Both the position numbers and the translations under genes were made by a program. Of a stretch of DNA of 64,000 nucleotides, positions 38,901-48,398 are shown piece after piece (the stretch's first letter is position 1; every line of letters starts with the position of its first letter). Origin of the DNA: Planctomycetota bacterium. GTDB lineage: Bacteria > Planctomycetota > UBA8108 > SXIK01. The notes below the pieces were generated by a model. The model was given only the letters and a program-made list of their open reading frames with translations. It was not told where the DNA came from and did not search any database. Where the stretch lies: the NCBI GenBank assembly GCA_965223265.1, contig OZ244999.1, positions 5,792,001 to 5,856,000 of the forward strand. The letters are read 5' to 3'.

Positions 38901-41382
38901 CGAAACGATCTGAAAACTCAGCCGCGAGAAAATCTTGATGAAGACGGTACACGTTGACGTTCTGAAACAACGGAGGAAGAGATTCGGAGTCCTGCTCAGT
39001 CGCCGGCACGATGTACTTGCTCAATCGTCGTCTCACGTCGTGACGAACGACCGGAATCGACAACTCCTGAAACTCCAGTGGAGTACACACCCGCTCGAGG
39101 AATGTCCGTTCCGCCACCGTCACAGCTTCATTGAGAATGACGTCGAAGTCTTGAGATGTGTGATTCGCGCTCAACAGGTCAACGTCCCCATCACCATCGA
39201 GATCGCCTGCCATAGCGAAGCGCGGGTCATCGCCGACCTGGAGTTCCAAAGCCGGCAACAACCCACCATCACCGTTGCCGACGATGGCTGCGAGGGCGTC
39301 GTGTCGCTGACTTGCAACGACTATATCCGTGAGGCCATCCCGGTTGATATCGCCTGTTAGCAATGAGTACGGAGCCACGGACAGGTCGATCTCTAGAGCT
39401 AGGTTCAAGAATGCACGACCATCGTTCCTCCACAAGCTGAGCTTCCGAGGTAGCTCGTTGACTGCGGCGACGTCTACGAAGCCATCATCGTCGAAATCGA
39501 GCGTGGTGACGAACTGCGGGCTACGCACGTCGTAGTTCGCGGCAGATTGAAACGTACCATCTCCTCTGTTCAGCAGCATAGATACCGTCGACGAGGAGTG
39601 ATTCGAGACGACGAGATCGGTGGCGCCGTTTCGATCGAAATCGGCGGATGCTACAGATGTCGGGCGAGAGCCAACTCGAATGGTCTCACGTCGTGCAAAG
39701 CGGCCAGCGCCCTCGTTGAAGAGGAAAGTGAGCGCACCTGCACCGGCGCACGCCACAACGAGATCAGCCCGGCCGTCGCCGCTCAGGTCGGCATGATGAA
39801 GATAAAACGGCCCGCTGGCGACCGAATAACTGGCGTCCCATTCGAAGACTCCGGTGCCGTCGCCAAGGAGGACGTGCGCCTGGCTGTCGCTGTCACTAAC
39901 GGCGACAACATCGAGATCACCGTCCAGATCAAAGTCGGCGACTTCCAAAGAAAACAGTCCACTTGCCGTGCCAGCTGAAAACGTAGCTGGTGGCGAGAAC
40001 GTTCCGTCTCCGTGGTTTCTTAGAACAAAGATGTGGTTGCCACCGTCGTTCGCAACGATGTCGAGGTCGAGATCTCCGTCGACGTCGGCGAGCTCTGCGT
40101 GATGCGGCTCCCCACCCATCTCGACTCGACCCGCGTTTCTCATCCTCAAGAGCCCGCCACCACGAATCTCGTCATTCCACAGGATGTTGACGTTATTGTG
40201 CGCCGCGGACAGAACGGCAATGTCCTCGTCTCCGTCTGCATCGAAGTCTGCCGTGCCGAACTGACGAGCGACAACATCCTCGCCGAGGAACGAGGCGCGC
40301 ACAAACGTGCCGTCCCCTTGGTTGACGATAACGACTGTCTTTTGTGGTGCACGGAATGCAGCGATGAGATCAGTGTCCCCATCAGTGTCGATGTCGGCGA
40401 GCTGAAGCGCACTGGCTCGCCGATACTCGTTAGAGACCTGAACCTCGCGCGTGCGGTCACTATCGTCCTCACGAAACAGAATTGAGACGCCGTCGGCATG
40501 TCCAACGGCAAAGTCAAACCTACCGTCGGCGTCGAAATCAGCGATTGCAACCAGCTCGGGACCAGCACCAACGGTAGACAGTACCACCTGAGCGTCCAAG
40601 ACGCCGGCGCCTCGGTTGGGTAACAGGAGGAGCTCATTTGAGTCCCTGCTGGCCACGACAACGTCAACGTCGCCGTCACCTTCGACATCCTCAAGAGCGA
40701 TGCCGCGCGGAGAATCGCCGCTGGTGTACGTGACGGGCGATGCGAAGTCTCCAGTTCCTCGATTCATAAGCAGCATGACAACATTGGACGTGGAATCCAC
40801 AAGCGCGATGTCAATGTCGCTGTCATCATCCAAGTCTCCCAACGCCAGGTCACTTAACCCACTGACGATTTCGATCGAACGGGTTTGACCGAACGTCCCA
40901 TGCTCTAGATTGAAGTGAATGCTGAGTCCTCTTGTGTCGATGGCAATCAGATCAACATCACCGTCGCCATCGAGATCGGCGCCTCGCCACACTCGGCCGC
41001 GTCCTGGAACTGGTTGCTGGCGAGTGGTGTAGTCTCCCAGCGCTGCCCCACCTCGGCTCAGAACTGCGGTCAATCCATCTCGATAACCGACGACTATATC
41101 CGCCCTTCCATCGCCATTGAAGTCGTCGATCACAACGTCCTCGCCAGCCCGTGGCAGCAGAAAGCTGCTGACGGTCATGAAAGGTAGCGTCGCACCTTCG
41201 CACTCGTCCGGAACGCGATTGTCATTACAGTCCCGGCTGAGAGCCGCGGAGATATCGTCTGCGTCCTCTACGCCGTTTCGGTTACAGTCAGCCGCCGGAA
41301 GAGCGATCCTCAACATCGAAACGATCGTCAGTACAGTCCATCGTAATGAGTGAATCGCCCTCGACCGAAGCGTCTCGTTCAT
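35977..41382 (-). CDS. Secreted FG-GAP repeat protein fused to PEP-utiliser phospho-His and PPDK_N ATP-grasp domains, with dockerin-like C-terminus
   Basis: DCNRNG/DCNDN repeats; many ADxDGDGDxD repeats; LSHLAVRSARRGTPNVFV; YGGKAANLA, RFRSSSNVED..GAGLYDS, DIEFK..KQVRP; RGDVNASGDINLSD. Confidence 0.88.
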   Translation of the reverse strand: MNETLRSRAIHSLRWTVLTIVSMLRIALPAADCNRNGVEDADDISAALSRDCNDNRVPDECEGATLPFMTVSSFLLPRAGEDVVIDDFNGDGRADIVVGYRDGLTAVLSRGGAALGDYTTRQQPVPGRGRVWRGADLDGDGDVDLIAIDTRGLSIHFNLEHGTFGQTRSIEIVSGLSDLALGDLDDDSDIDIALVDSTSNVVMLLMNRGTGDFASPVTYTSGDSPRGIALEDVEGDGDVDVVVASRDSNELLLLPNRGAGVLDAQVVLSTVGAGPELVAIADFDADGRFDFAVGHADGVSILFREDDSDRTREVQVSNEYRRASALQLADIDTDGDTDLIAAFRAPQKTVVIVNQGDGTFVRASFLGEDVVARQFGTADFDADGDEDIAVLSAAHNNVNILWNDEIRGGGLLRMRNAGRVEMGGEPHHAELADVDGDLDLDIVANDGGNHIFVLRNHGDGTFSPPATFSAGTASGLFSLEVADFDLDGDLDVVAVSDSDSQAHVLLGDGTGVFEWDASYSVASGPFYLHHADLSGDGRADLVVACAGAGALTFLFNEGAGRFARRETIRVGSRPTSVASADFDRNGATDLVVSNHSSSTVSMLLNRGDGTFQSAANYDVRSPQFVTTLDFDDDGFVDVAAVNELPRKLSLWRNDGRAFLNLALEIDLSVAPYSLLTGDINRDGLTDIVVASQRHDALAAIVGNGDGGLLPALELQVGDDPRFAMAGDLDGDGDVDLLSANHTSQDFDVILNEAVTVAERTFLERVCTPLEFQELSIPVVRHDVRRRLSKYIVPATEQDSESLPPLFQNVNVYRLHQDFLAAEFSDRFAVEAYDELVGNRATRRYFSGNLYRLRTSFGPLYGFSVLTNFDADRRELPTIDEVRGVEARLRQVFSLRPLLYYPDAALTREDASGWPDQSLVFLDEPPSVAGFVPYTTGLAYGRVRLISEREFAALNGGGRLSFQDIVVLDFAPRDIEGIVAAVVTATPQGELSHLAVRSARRGTPNVFVENAHDLFSEFEDRLVRLEVGTGDWSIDAASLSEAAEFWAANRPQLSELPTVDEDYSTLDRFEEMALEPGSRPVSRYGGKAANLARLQSVLSGPLQRYQEVGFAIPMSYYLEFLRANRMPSARDSERQVTYEEFLQELLDWAEFQSDSELRFDVLRRFRDTLRAQGVVAPDVVARVAARIREVFRADNIPVRFRSSSNVEDVLEFNGAGLYDSTSACVLDTVDADDVGPSHCDFTQASERTIERALKKVWASNWNYRAYEERAFFGIPQELSTMGVLVNRAFLNERANGVAFTGDPNRPEDSRYVVIVQAGEESVVSPSPGVLAEKNLLRVEEGELVEIVRASPSNLIGAGEFVLSDVQLAELGRLLWHVDRHFPIDADDVPRRQVLLDIEFKIEANGELALKQVRPFLRSTPPLPTPTFALEIPRGANVCGVFVTSRSPRTTYELKSRIRFVPGTIPLPTTSDSWSADLFEEVTIGPDRTSVEPLSPGRFRVVRTHRGELTSYSFRYEQTYVLPGGDTYELALQDLEFEARGDEPLAVSRIMDEAFFTRALSLHGQHSLDVTYSSCTYETLPLWEVDIEAADGSILQLRERHEPAPPSELSGPASLVSAELSLRGAERDVVAYEDLIYTAKRHNRSVEYWVVLRPSLRIHDLPSPVRVVEIVAPEAELGIQAVVRYLDENFEVLDSISVERYERLRVSGEVLTRFERGDVNASGDINLSDAIRLIDHLFRGRGAAPCWKAADADDDGEVDLSDVMTILRHLFDGAQVLAPPHGKCGSDPTADNLTCRASAGCET

Positions 41383-41815
41383 CTCTTTCGAGTTCAGATT
41401 CCGTTGCCAAGCTCTTGCGGCGGCTATAGAGAGATGCCGCGGGGTCCTGCGGTGAGATTGTTTCGAGTCGAAAAACCTCGCCGGCGGCGCGAAGCGGCCT
41501 TTCTCCTAACGTGAAACGTCTTTCGCCTGCCCCCAATCTTGCTGGGTCCATTCGATTGTACCTGTTCGCCGTCGGAAAAAATCAGGCTTCCTCGGCAAGC
41601 GAGCCGATTGCGTTCCTATCAAAGCCCAAAGTCGCGTTTGCCGCGTGATGGTCGATCCGCTCCGAAGGCGGCGAGAGACCAGAAACGATCGCGCTGCGAC
41701 GATTTGCCTCACCCGCCGACTGTGTCATAGCCTGTCGCGATCACCGTAGGATGGCTAGGCCAAAGCCGAGCGTTGAAGAACTGGCGGCGGCCGACCGAAT
41801 GGTGAGTTAAGGTCG

Positions 41816-43963
41816 ATGCCACGATCCGTTGTGTTAGCCTGTATCGCCGCGGCGCTTTGTGAAATCACTTTGCACGCCGCAGATCGACGCGACGTGCGCG
41901 CCATCCGCGTTCCCATAGCTCCGTCGATCGACGGACGTATGGACGACGCTGCTTGGAGCGAAGCACCCCGGGCCCACGGATTCGTCCAGGTCGAGCCCGT
42001 TGAGGGCTCGCAACCAAGCGAGGCCACGGAGTTCCGCATCGTCTACGACGACGCGAGCCTGTACATCGGTGTGTGGTGCTTCGACACGGACGCAGACGCG
42101 ATCGTAGCTACCGCGATGGCGCGGGATGCGGCTCTGGAGGGCGATGATCACGTCACCATCGTACTCGATCCGTTTCTGAACCAACGCAGCGGCTTTCTTT
42201 TCAAGGTCAACCCGAATGGTGCCCGCTTCGATGCCTTGATATCGACTAACTTTACACTCACTCCTGATTGGGATGCGATCTGGATGACCGCATCGAGTCG
42301 TGACGCTAAGGGCTGGTACGTTGAGGTCGCGATCCCATTCAAGTCGCTCAGTTTCGACGCGGCGCTAGAGACGTGGGGCTTCAACGTAGAGAGAACCGTC
42401 AAACGTCGACTCGAGATCTCCCGCTGGTCTGGGGCTCGTCAGGAGTTCAGCGTAGAAAACCTGTCAGTGGGAGGCTACGTCCACGGCCTCGAAGACATAA
42501 CGCAAGGAGTAGGCTTGGACGTCGTCCCGTTTGCCGTCGCGCGCTATGAAGACGATCGCATTAAGGAAGATGTAGATCTTCTCTTCGATGGTGGCGTCGA
42601 CGCTCGCTACTCGATCACGCCAGGTGTCACGGCCAGGCTGGGCTACAACACCGATTTCGCCGAGACCGAAGTCGATAGTCGCCAGATCAACCTGACCCGC
42701 TTTCCGCTCTTCTTCCCAGAGAAACGAGATTTCTTTCTGGAGGATGCTGGAATCTTCGAATTCGGCAGCGCCGGAACCAACATGATCCCGTTTTTTAGTC
42801 GACGCGTTGGGTTGAGCGCAGAAGGCGAACCGATCCCTATTACCGTCGCCGGCAAACTCACGGGGAGAATCGAGGAGTACAACTTTGGCCTCGTCGATGC
42901 GCTCGTTGAAGAGCATGACGCGCTCCCTACTGAAAACACGATCGTCGGCCGAGTCAGTAGAAATGTTTTCGACGAATCGTCGGTTGGGGCAATCATCACG
43001 CACGGCGATCCGAACTCGCGAGACGAGAATCTCCTCGCCGGCACGGATGTCAACTGGCGTGAGAGCGATCTCGTGCCCGGCTGGACCCTCAGTGGAGCTG
43101 CATTTCTCGCCGGCAGCTGGACGGAAGACGTCGGCGGTCGAGACAACCTCTCATTCGGCGCCGATGCACGAGCGCAAAACGACGTCATTCTTACGGAGCT
43201 CGACTTCTACCAAGTTGAACCGGATTTCAACCCGGCTCTCGGATTCGTTCGCAGGAAAGATCTTCGTTCGTACGAATACGAACTCACGATCGGTCCGTGG
43301 ATCAAGTCATCAGACCTGGTGCGACGCGTGTTCGTCAGCTACTTCCAGCGACACACAACCGATCTGGAAGATGAGTTGGACACAGCGTTCCACTCTTTGA
43401 CTCCGATTTTCGTGGAATTCGAAGGCGGCGACCAAATTTTCTTCAACACACAGACGTGGTTCGACGAGCCTACCACGGACTTTGAGATCCATCCTGGAGT
43501 CGTGATCCCGCCGGAGGAGTTCTGGTGGCAGCAGTACCGCCTTGGGTTCTCAACGAGTGATCGTCGTCCATTGGACCTCGGGGCGAATTGGGACTTCGGT
43601 CAATTCTATGACGGGCGGAAAGACACCTACTCCGTCACCATGAACGGAAGACCGAGTCGCTTCCTTCACTTCGGTGTAGCCTACACCCTGAACCAGATCC
43701 GCCTCGACGCCGGCTCGTTCGACACGCGCTTGGCGTCGGCACGGCTGGGTCTCAACTTCACACCTGATCTCACATGGAATCATCTCGTCCAATATGATGA
43801 TGTGTCGGACACCATCGGCGTGCACAGCCGCCTGCAATGGGAGTTTAGACCTGGTTCGACACTCTACGTGGCACTGAATCAGGGCGTCGACCGCAACCAC
43901 GGTCGTCTGCGCGGCCTCCAGACCGAGTTGGCGACTAAAATCGGCGTCACAATTCGGTTTTGA
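41816..43963 (+). CDS. CBM9-like N-terminal domain plus DUF5916 outer-membrane beta-barrel protein
   Basis: PSIDGRMDDAAW; GWYVEVAIPFKSL; NTDFAETEVD..NLTRFPLFFPEKRDFFLE; C-terminal Phe. Confidence 0.9.
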   Translation: MPRSVVLACIAAALCEITLHAADRRDVRAIRVPIAPSIDGRMDDAAWSEAPRAHGFVQVEPVEGSQPSEATEFRIVYDDASLYIGVWCFDTDADAIVATAMARDAALEGDDHVTIVLDPFLNQRSGFLFKVNPNGARFDALISTNFTLTPDWDAIWMTASSRDAKGWYVEVAIPFKSLSFDAALETWGFNVERTVKRRLEISRWSGARQEFSVENLSVGGYVHGLEDITQGVGLDVVPFAVARYEDDRIKEDVDLLFDGGVDARYSITPGVTARLGYNTDFAETEVDSRQINLTRFPLFFPEKRDFFLEDAGIFEFGSAGTNMIPFFSRRVGLSAEGEPIPITVAGKLTGRIEEYNFGLVDALVEEHDALPTENTIVGRVSRNVFDESSVGAIITHGDPNSRDENLLAGTDVNWRESDLVPGWTLSGAAFLAGSWTEDVGGRDNLSFGADARAQNDVILTELDFYQVEPDFNPALGFVRRKDLRSYEYELTIGPWIKSSDLVRRVFVSYFQRHTTDLEDELDTAFHSLTPIFVEFEGGDQIFFNTQTWFDEPTTDFEIHPGVVIPPEEFWWQQYRLGFSTSDRRPLDLGANWDFGQFYDGRKDTYSVTMNGRPSRFLHFGVAYTLNQIRLDAGSFDTRLASARLGLNFTPDLTWNHLVQYDDVSDTIGVHSRLQWEFRPGSTLYVALNQGVDRNHGRLRGLQTELATKIGVTIRF

Positions 43964-44184
43964 CGAAAACTTCCGCGCAAGATCGTTTTCTGTGAACCTT
44001 TTCGAGCCGTATCGTACTGAAGTCGTGGGAGTCACGCGATGTCCAGCTCTCGCCGGGGACGTCTGTGGGGATGATTCCCGTAAACGACAGGGCGCAGAAT
44101 GTCGGGAATGACCAAAGACAATATAGCGTCGACGCCGTTTGCTCGTGCGATCGAGATGGAGTCAAGACTTCGAGGAACCCCTTG

Positions 44185-45057
44185 ATGGCGAACAACTTGT
44201 TCATCGGTCAATCCCTGGTATGGCAGCGATTCGCCGCTACCCTTCTGGCCGTCGCCATGGTGGGATGCGACACAGTAGGAATCCGTGGCGACGGCGCCAC
44301 CACCACGCTTCAAACACCGAGAGCTCGCCGGGAAAGCTCGGCAGCGGACGAGCGAGGACTTGCTGCTTTCCGGTATGAAGTCGATGCTGCGGCGGCGCGC
44401 GAGGAGTCTGATGCATTGCGGGAACGAGGCGCGTCCGAGCAGCCAGAAGGTTCGCCGGCCCGCAGCAAAGACACCACGACGTCTCGCACCTCGGAAACTG
44501 ATCATCAGGACGCAGCTGAGCGCCGTGTCGTCTATACCGCGGCGTTCGAGATTTTAGTCGCTAACGTCAAGGATGCGATGCAGCAGCATCTCCATGAGAT
44601 CAAGTCCCTTGGTGGTCACTTTCAGTCGCGAAACGCCTCGACGATCGTCAGCCGAGTCCCAGCGGCAAACTTTGAAAAGCTCGTCGAAACAATTCCATCG
44701 CTCGGCCGTGTCCTTTCCGAGTCGGTCGACGCGATGGACGTCACGAAACGCTACTTCGATCTCGAGCTACGCATTCGGACGACCGAGAATGCCTTGGAGC
44801 GGCTCGTGGTTCTTCTCAAGAAGTCGGAGAAGGTCGAGGATCTTCTCAAGATCGAAGAGCAGATCCGACGCCTCACCGAGGAGCTCGAGCGCCTGAAGGC
44901 AGAACTCCGGCAACTGGCCGATCGCGTCGCCTACTCCACCTTGACCGTGACATTTCACTCCAGCGCCCCGCCACCTCAGCCGCCGGGAGTCCGCGTACCC
45001 AACCGTTTCGAATGGATCAATCACGTAGGAATCGAATATGTCATCGATCAATTCTGA
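44185..45057 (+). CDS. DUF4349 domain lipoprotein
   Basis: Lipobox MVGC; RRVVYTA..RVPAANF..DVTKRYFDLELR..LLKIEEQI..LADRVAYSTLTV. Confidence 0.88.
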   Translation: MANNLFIGQSLVWQRFAATLLAVAMVGCDTVGIRGDGATTTLQTPRARRESSAADERGLAAFRYEVDAAAAREESDALRERGASEQPEGSPARSKDTTTSRTSETDHQDAAERRVVYTAAFEILVANVKDAMQQHLHEIKSLGGHFQSRNASTIVSRVPAANFEKLVETIPSLGRVLSESVDAMDVTKRYFDLELRIRTTENALERLVVLLKKSEKVEDLLKIEEQIRRLTEELERLKAELRQLADRVAYSTLTVTFHSSAPPPQPPGVRVPNRFEWINHVGIEYVIDQF

Positions 45058-45568
45058 CGCAACCGTCGCCGAACGCCACGCTCCTCGAAATCGACGGTTC
45101 GCGCTCAGGAAACTCCAACGAGTTTTCGTCGCAGCAGCGACGGGTCTGGCATTGACGAGCTGCGTCGCCATCGATCTCCCAAACGATTTCTTGGAAGTCG
45201 ATCGTGGTCTTGGGGAACTGAAAGCCGTATCGTCAGACGGGGCTCTTTTCTGGACAAGGAAGTTCAAAGATCCCCATCGAGGCAACCTCGAGTTTTGGTC
45301 GAACGCACTGGAGAGCGACTTCGCCGACAATCGAGGCTACGTCATGCTCGAGCAAGGAGAGACCACACTCGCCGGTGGTCGCCAGAGGTATGAATCGGTG
45401 TGGGAGACACGCACAAGGGGCGTTTCATACCGCTACTTGGTGACGCTTGAAGTCATCCAAGGATGGTTCGGGAACAAGATCGTCGTCTCGGAATTCGTCG
45501 CGCCTTCGGCCACGTTTGACGGCTATGTCGACGAAGTGCGTGCAGCCGTGGCATCAATGAAGTCGTGA
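45038..45568 (+). CDS. Hypothetical lipoprotein, coupled to the DUF4349 gene
   Basis: Lipobox LTSC after a hydrophobic stretch; overlaps the upstream stop; start position uncertain. Confidence 0.75.
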   Translation: MSSINSDATVAERHAPRNRRFALRKLQRVFVAAATGLALTSCVAIDLPNDFLEVDRGLGELKAVSSDGALFWTRKFKDPHRGNLEFWSNALESDFADNRGYVMLEQGETTLAGGRQRYESVWETRTRGVSYRYLVTLEVIQGWFGNKIVVSEFVAPSATFDGYVDEVRAAVASMKS

Positions 45569-45592
45569 CGCCACCTCGCCAACCAACGACCC

Positions 45593-47419
45593 TCAGCGGA
45601 TGCCTTCGGCTTCAAGACGCAGGATCTCGGCGCGCCAAACGTCACGGCGATCGTCGCTAGCCTCGTCTTCAGGCAACAGCGAACGCCGCGTGCAGTTGAC
45701 CAGCGCCTGCAGCGTCTGGTAGCGCCGCGTCTTCTCGATCGCTGGCGGAATGTGGTCGTGCACGATCGCCTCGACGTCCGCCATCTTGAGCAGCCCTCCC
45801 ACCGTCCGCGCCTTCAAGTTCGACCGTAGTGACGCGAACGCCGCCGCCGAGTATCCGGCCGTCAACTCGTCGAGTCGCTTCAAATCCGCCGCACTCGGTG
45901 CTGCGTCGAGCACACCTCTCGTGACCCATTTGAGAAACGCCTGTCGATCCTCTCCCTCGGGATCCAGCACCGGAATCACCAGGTCCCCGACGCGTCCCGG
46001 GCGTCGAATGTCCGGCGAGAGCAGATGGATCCTCGCCGTCATGAGCAGCCAAATGACACGACCGCGGAGGCGCGGGTCGGACATCATCTGCTGGACTTTG
46101 CCAGTCAACCGACGCTCCGTCGAGTGAGCCTCAGCGCCGACACCTCCGAACTGGGTGTCGGCCTCGTCGACGAAGATCACCACTTTGACAAGAGCTTCAA
46201 GAACTCGCCGCAAGCGTTCGAACACAACGTCCGTTTGCCCATACCACTGGCTGCGAATGTTCTTGAGCACGAGGACAGGCATGTCGAGCGCGCTGGCAAC
46301 GGCTTCGAAGATGAACGTCTTGCCACTGCCGATTGGCCCGGAGACGGCGGCGCCAGGCAGCGCATCTGCGCCGGTCGATTGAAACCTCGGGATCAACTCA
46401 TCGTTGAGAAAACCTTTGAGCTTTCTGAAGCCGATCACATCTTCCAAGGTGTGCTCAGGTTTTTTGAATTCAACGACGTCCTCGCCAAGCTGCGACTCGA
46501 TGAACTCACCGACTTTCTGGATCACCTCCGTAGGAGTCAGCGTTTCGTTGGCGTAGGCACTGCCGACCAAAAGCTGGCGCAGCGCGTGGATCGACAGCCC
46601 AGCGGTGTACATCGCCAGCACATCTTCGCTCGCCCACAGCTTCGGCGGCGGTGATTCGCCACGACTCGCGAACCAATTGACGAAATGGCGCCGCGTCTCG
46701 AGATCTGGCGGCGGCACGTCGACCGCGAGGACCTGCGGCAACGCCGCGACGCGTCGATGAATCATGCCGCGCGACTCGGCGACGAGAACGACGGAGTCGC
46801 TGCCTCGCATGAACGCCGGGTCGGAGAACCAGTCCTGCACAATGCCGACACGCCGCCGATCTGCTGCGGAGAGCCGTGAGACGTCTTCTCCGCTTTGCGG
46901 CAGGAGAAAATCCGCCGCCTCGACAACGATCATGAGATCGTCGGTTATGTAACTCTTTCCCTTCGGGCTCCTCGAGCGCGAACAGATCGTGAGTTGTCGC
47001 AAAAACTCGAGTGCTACGGTCGGCTGGCCGATGGCATCGCGCATGCGGCCTTCAAAGTCAGACTCGAACGCCTCCCGCTGCTGCGCCAGTCGTCGATCGG
47101 CAATCGCCTCGAACGCGGCAAGGTCGGGTTCGACGCCGAGCCGCCACGCAGTCCACGCACTCCGGAGACTCTCCCGCTGATCGGTGGGCACGACACGGAT
47201 CGGGCCATTCAGCTCGTAGACGAGCAGCGTCATACCGGGCACGCTGCATTTGTCGCAAAGAAACGGAATCAGCGGCTCGTAGCTGCCCTCCGCACGGTTC
47301 TGCCGCGTGAAGAAAAGGTCGTACACGTTTCCGGTCAAAAGAATACTGCGCGACTGACCGGCGTTGATGATCCGCGCGAGATGGCCGTAGAAGTCGTACG
47401 TCGGCTCGGAAGGGTTCAC
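45593..47419 (-). CDS. AAA+ ATPase: degenerate N-terminal AAA-like module plus active classical-clade AAA module
   Basis: Walker A GPIGSGKT; pore loop SQWYGQT; Walker B IFVDEAD; SRH DIRRPGR; N-terminal LLTGNVYD and IVVEAAD; GTGA overlap with the ABC ATPase gene. Confidence 0.92.
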   Translation of the reverse strand: MNPSEPTYDFYGHLARIINAGQSRSILLTGNVYDLFFTRQNRAEGSYEPLIPFLCDKCSVPGMTLLVYELNGPIRVVPTDQRESLRSAWTAWRLGVEPDLAAFEAIADRRLAQQREAFESDFEGRMRDAIGQPTVALEFLRQLTICSRSRSPKGKSYITDDLMIVVEAADFLLPQSGEDVSRLSAADRRRVGIVQDWFSDPAFMRGSDSVVLVAESRGMIHRRVAALPQVLAVDVPPPDLETRRHFVNWFASRGESPPPKLWASEDVLAMYTAGLSIHALRQLLVGSAYANETLTPTEVIQKVGEFIESQLGEDVVEFKKPEHTLEDVIGFRKLKGFLNDELIPRFQSTGADALPGAAVSGPIGSGKTFIFEAVASALDMPVLVLKNIRSQWYGQTDVVFERLRRVLEALVKVVIFVDEADTQFGGVGAEAHSTERRLTGKVQQMMSDPRLRGRVIWLLMTARIHLLSPDIRRPGRVGDLVIPVLDPEGEDRQAFLKWVTRGVLDAAPSAADLKRLDELTAGYSAAAFASLRSNLKARTVGGLLKMADVEAIVHDHIPPAIEKTRRYQTLQALVNCTRRSLLPEDEASDDRRDVWRAEILRLEAEGIR

Positions 47420-48345
47420 TTCGCCAATACTCCATGGCCTTCACCGCGCTCCATCTGATCCCAGAAGCGCAAATTCTCTCGACGGCCCTGCCGCACCTCC
47501 GGGCTGAAGACGTTCGAGAGGATCTCGCCGCGCTGCTGGACAAACGTAGCGAAATCACGCTCTTGATCCGGGTGGTAGACGGGTGCCATAGCATCATAGA
47601 TGATCGTCGCCCCAGGATGGGAAGGCAACGGTTCCTCCTCCCATGCCCAATACTGCGATAGCCCGGCGACTCGGTCAGAAACGTAGATTGCCTCGTTGAG
47701 CTCGTGCGTCACGATGAGAATCGTGTACGGCGGCGTAAGCCCCGCCTTCTTCGCGGCAAGGTTCTCTTGGTAGAGCCCTAGCAGCATCCCTTGAAGCTCT
47801 TCGCGCGTTGCCTCGTCCAGCGCCCCAAAAGGCTCGTCGAGGAGTAGGATCTTCGGTTTCATGATCAGCGCCTGCGCGATCGCCACACGTTGACGCATCC
47901 CGCCAGACATCTCTGCGGGATACTTGTCGAGCGCTTCCCCCAACTTGAGCTCAACCAACTTCTCCGATGCCCGCTCCAGATGTTCTCGTCGCAGCCGACG
48001 CCACGCGCGGCAGCGAAAGAGGCGAAATGGAATGGTCGTTTCGTCCAGCATGAGTCCGAACGCGACGCTCTCGCGAGCCGTCAAGAAAGGAAAGAGTGAA
48101 TAGCGCTGATAGACGATGCCGCGATCTCTTCCAGGTCCTGAGATCGGTTCGCGGTTCATCAGGATCTCTCCCTGATGCGGCGGATGCGTCCCCAAGATCG
48201 CTCGCAGGAGCGTCGACTTGCCGCAACCGCTCGGACCGACGACCGCGACGATTTCGCCACGGATGACTTGCAGATCCACGTCGTAGAGGACCTTGTTACT
48301 TCCGAACCAGTGACTGACGCCTTTACACTCGAGGACGACATCCAT
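47416..48345 (-). CDS. NitT/TauT family ABC transporter ATP-binding protein
   Basis: GPSGCGKST; YSLFPFLT; MSGGMRQR; LLLDEPFGALD; VTHELNEA. Confidence 0.95.
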   Translation of the reverse strand: MDVVLECKGVSHWFGSNKVLYDVDLQVIRGEIVAVVGPSGCGKSTLLRAILGTHPPHQGEILMNREPISGPGRDRGIVYQRYSLFPFLTARESVAFGLMLDETTIPFRLFRCRAWRRLRREHLERASEKLVELKLGEALDKYPAEMSGGMRQRVAIAQALIMKPKILLLDEPFGALDEATREELQGMLLGLYQENLAAKKAGLTPPYTILIVTHELNEAIYVSDRVAGLSQYWAWEEEPLPSHPGATIIYDAMAPVYHPDQERDFATFVQQRGEILSNVFSPEVRQGRRENLRFWDQMERGEGHGVLAK

Positions 48346-48398
48346 AGCGATTCTATTCCGTTGGCGTTACTGAACCCCGAAGCCGACGCGATGCGAAG

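Noticed and set aside
41550-41735. Weak dyad (GTCGGAAAAATC ... GATTTG..CCGAC) in the divergent intergenic region
   Set aside because: Too degenerate and single-copy in this window to call a MITE or ncRNA.
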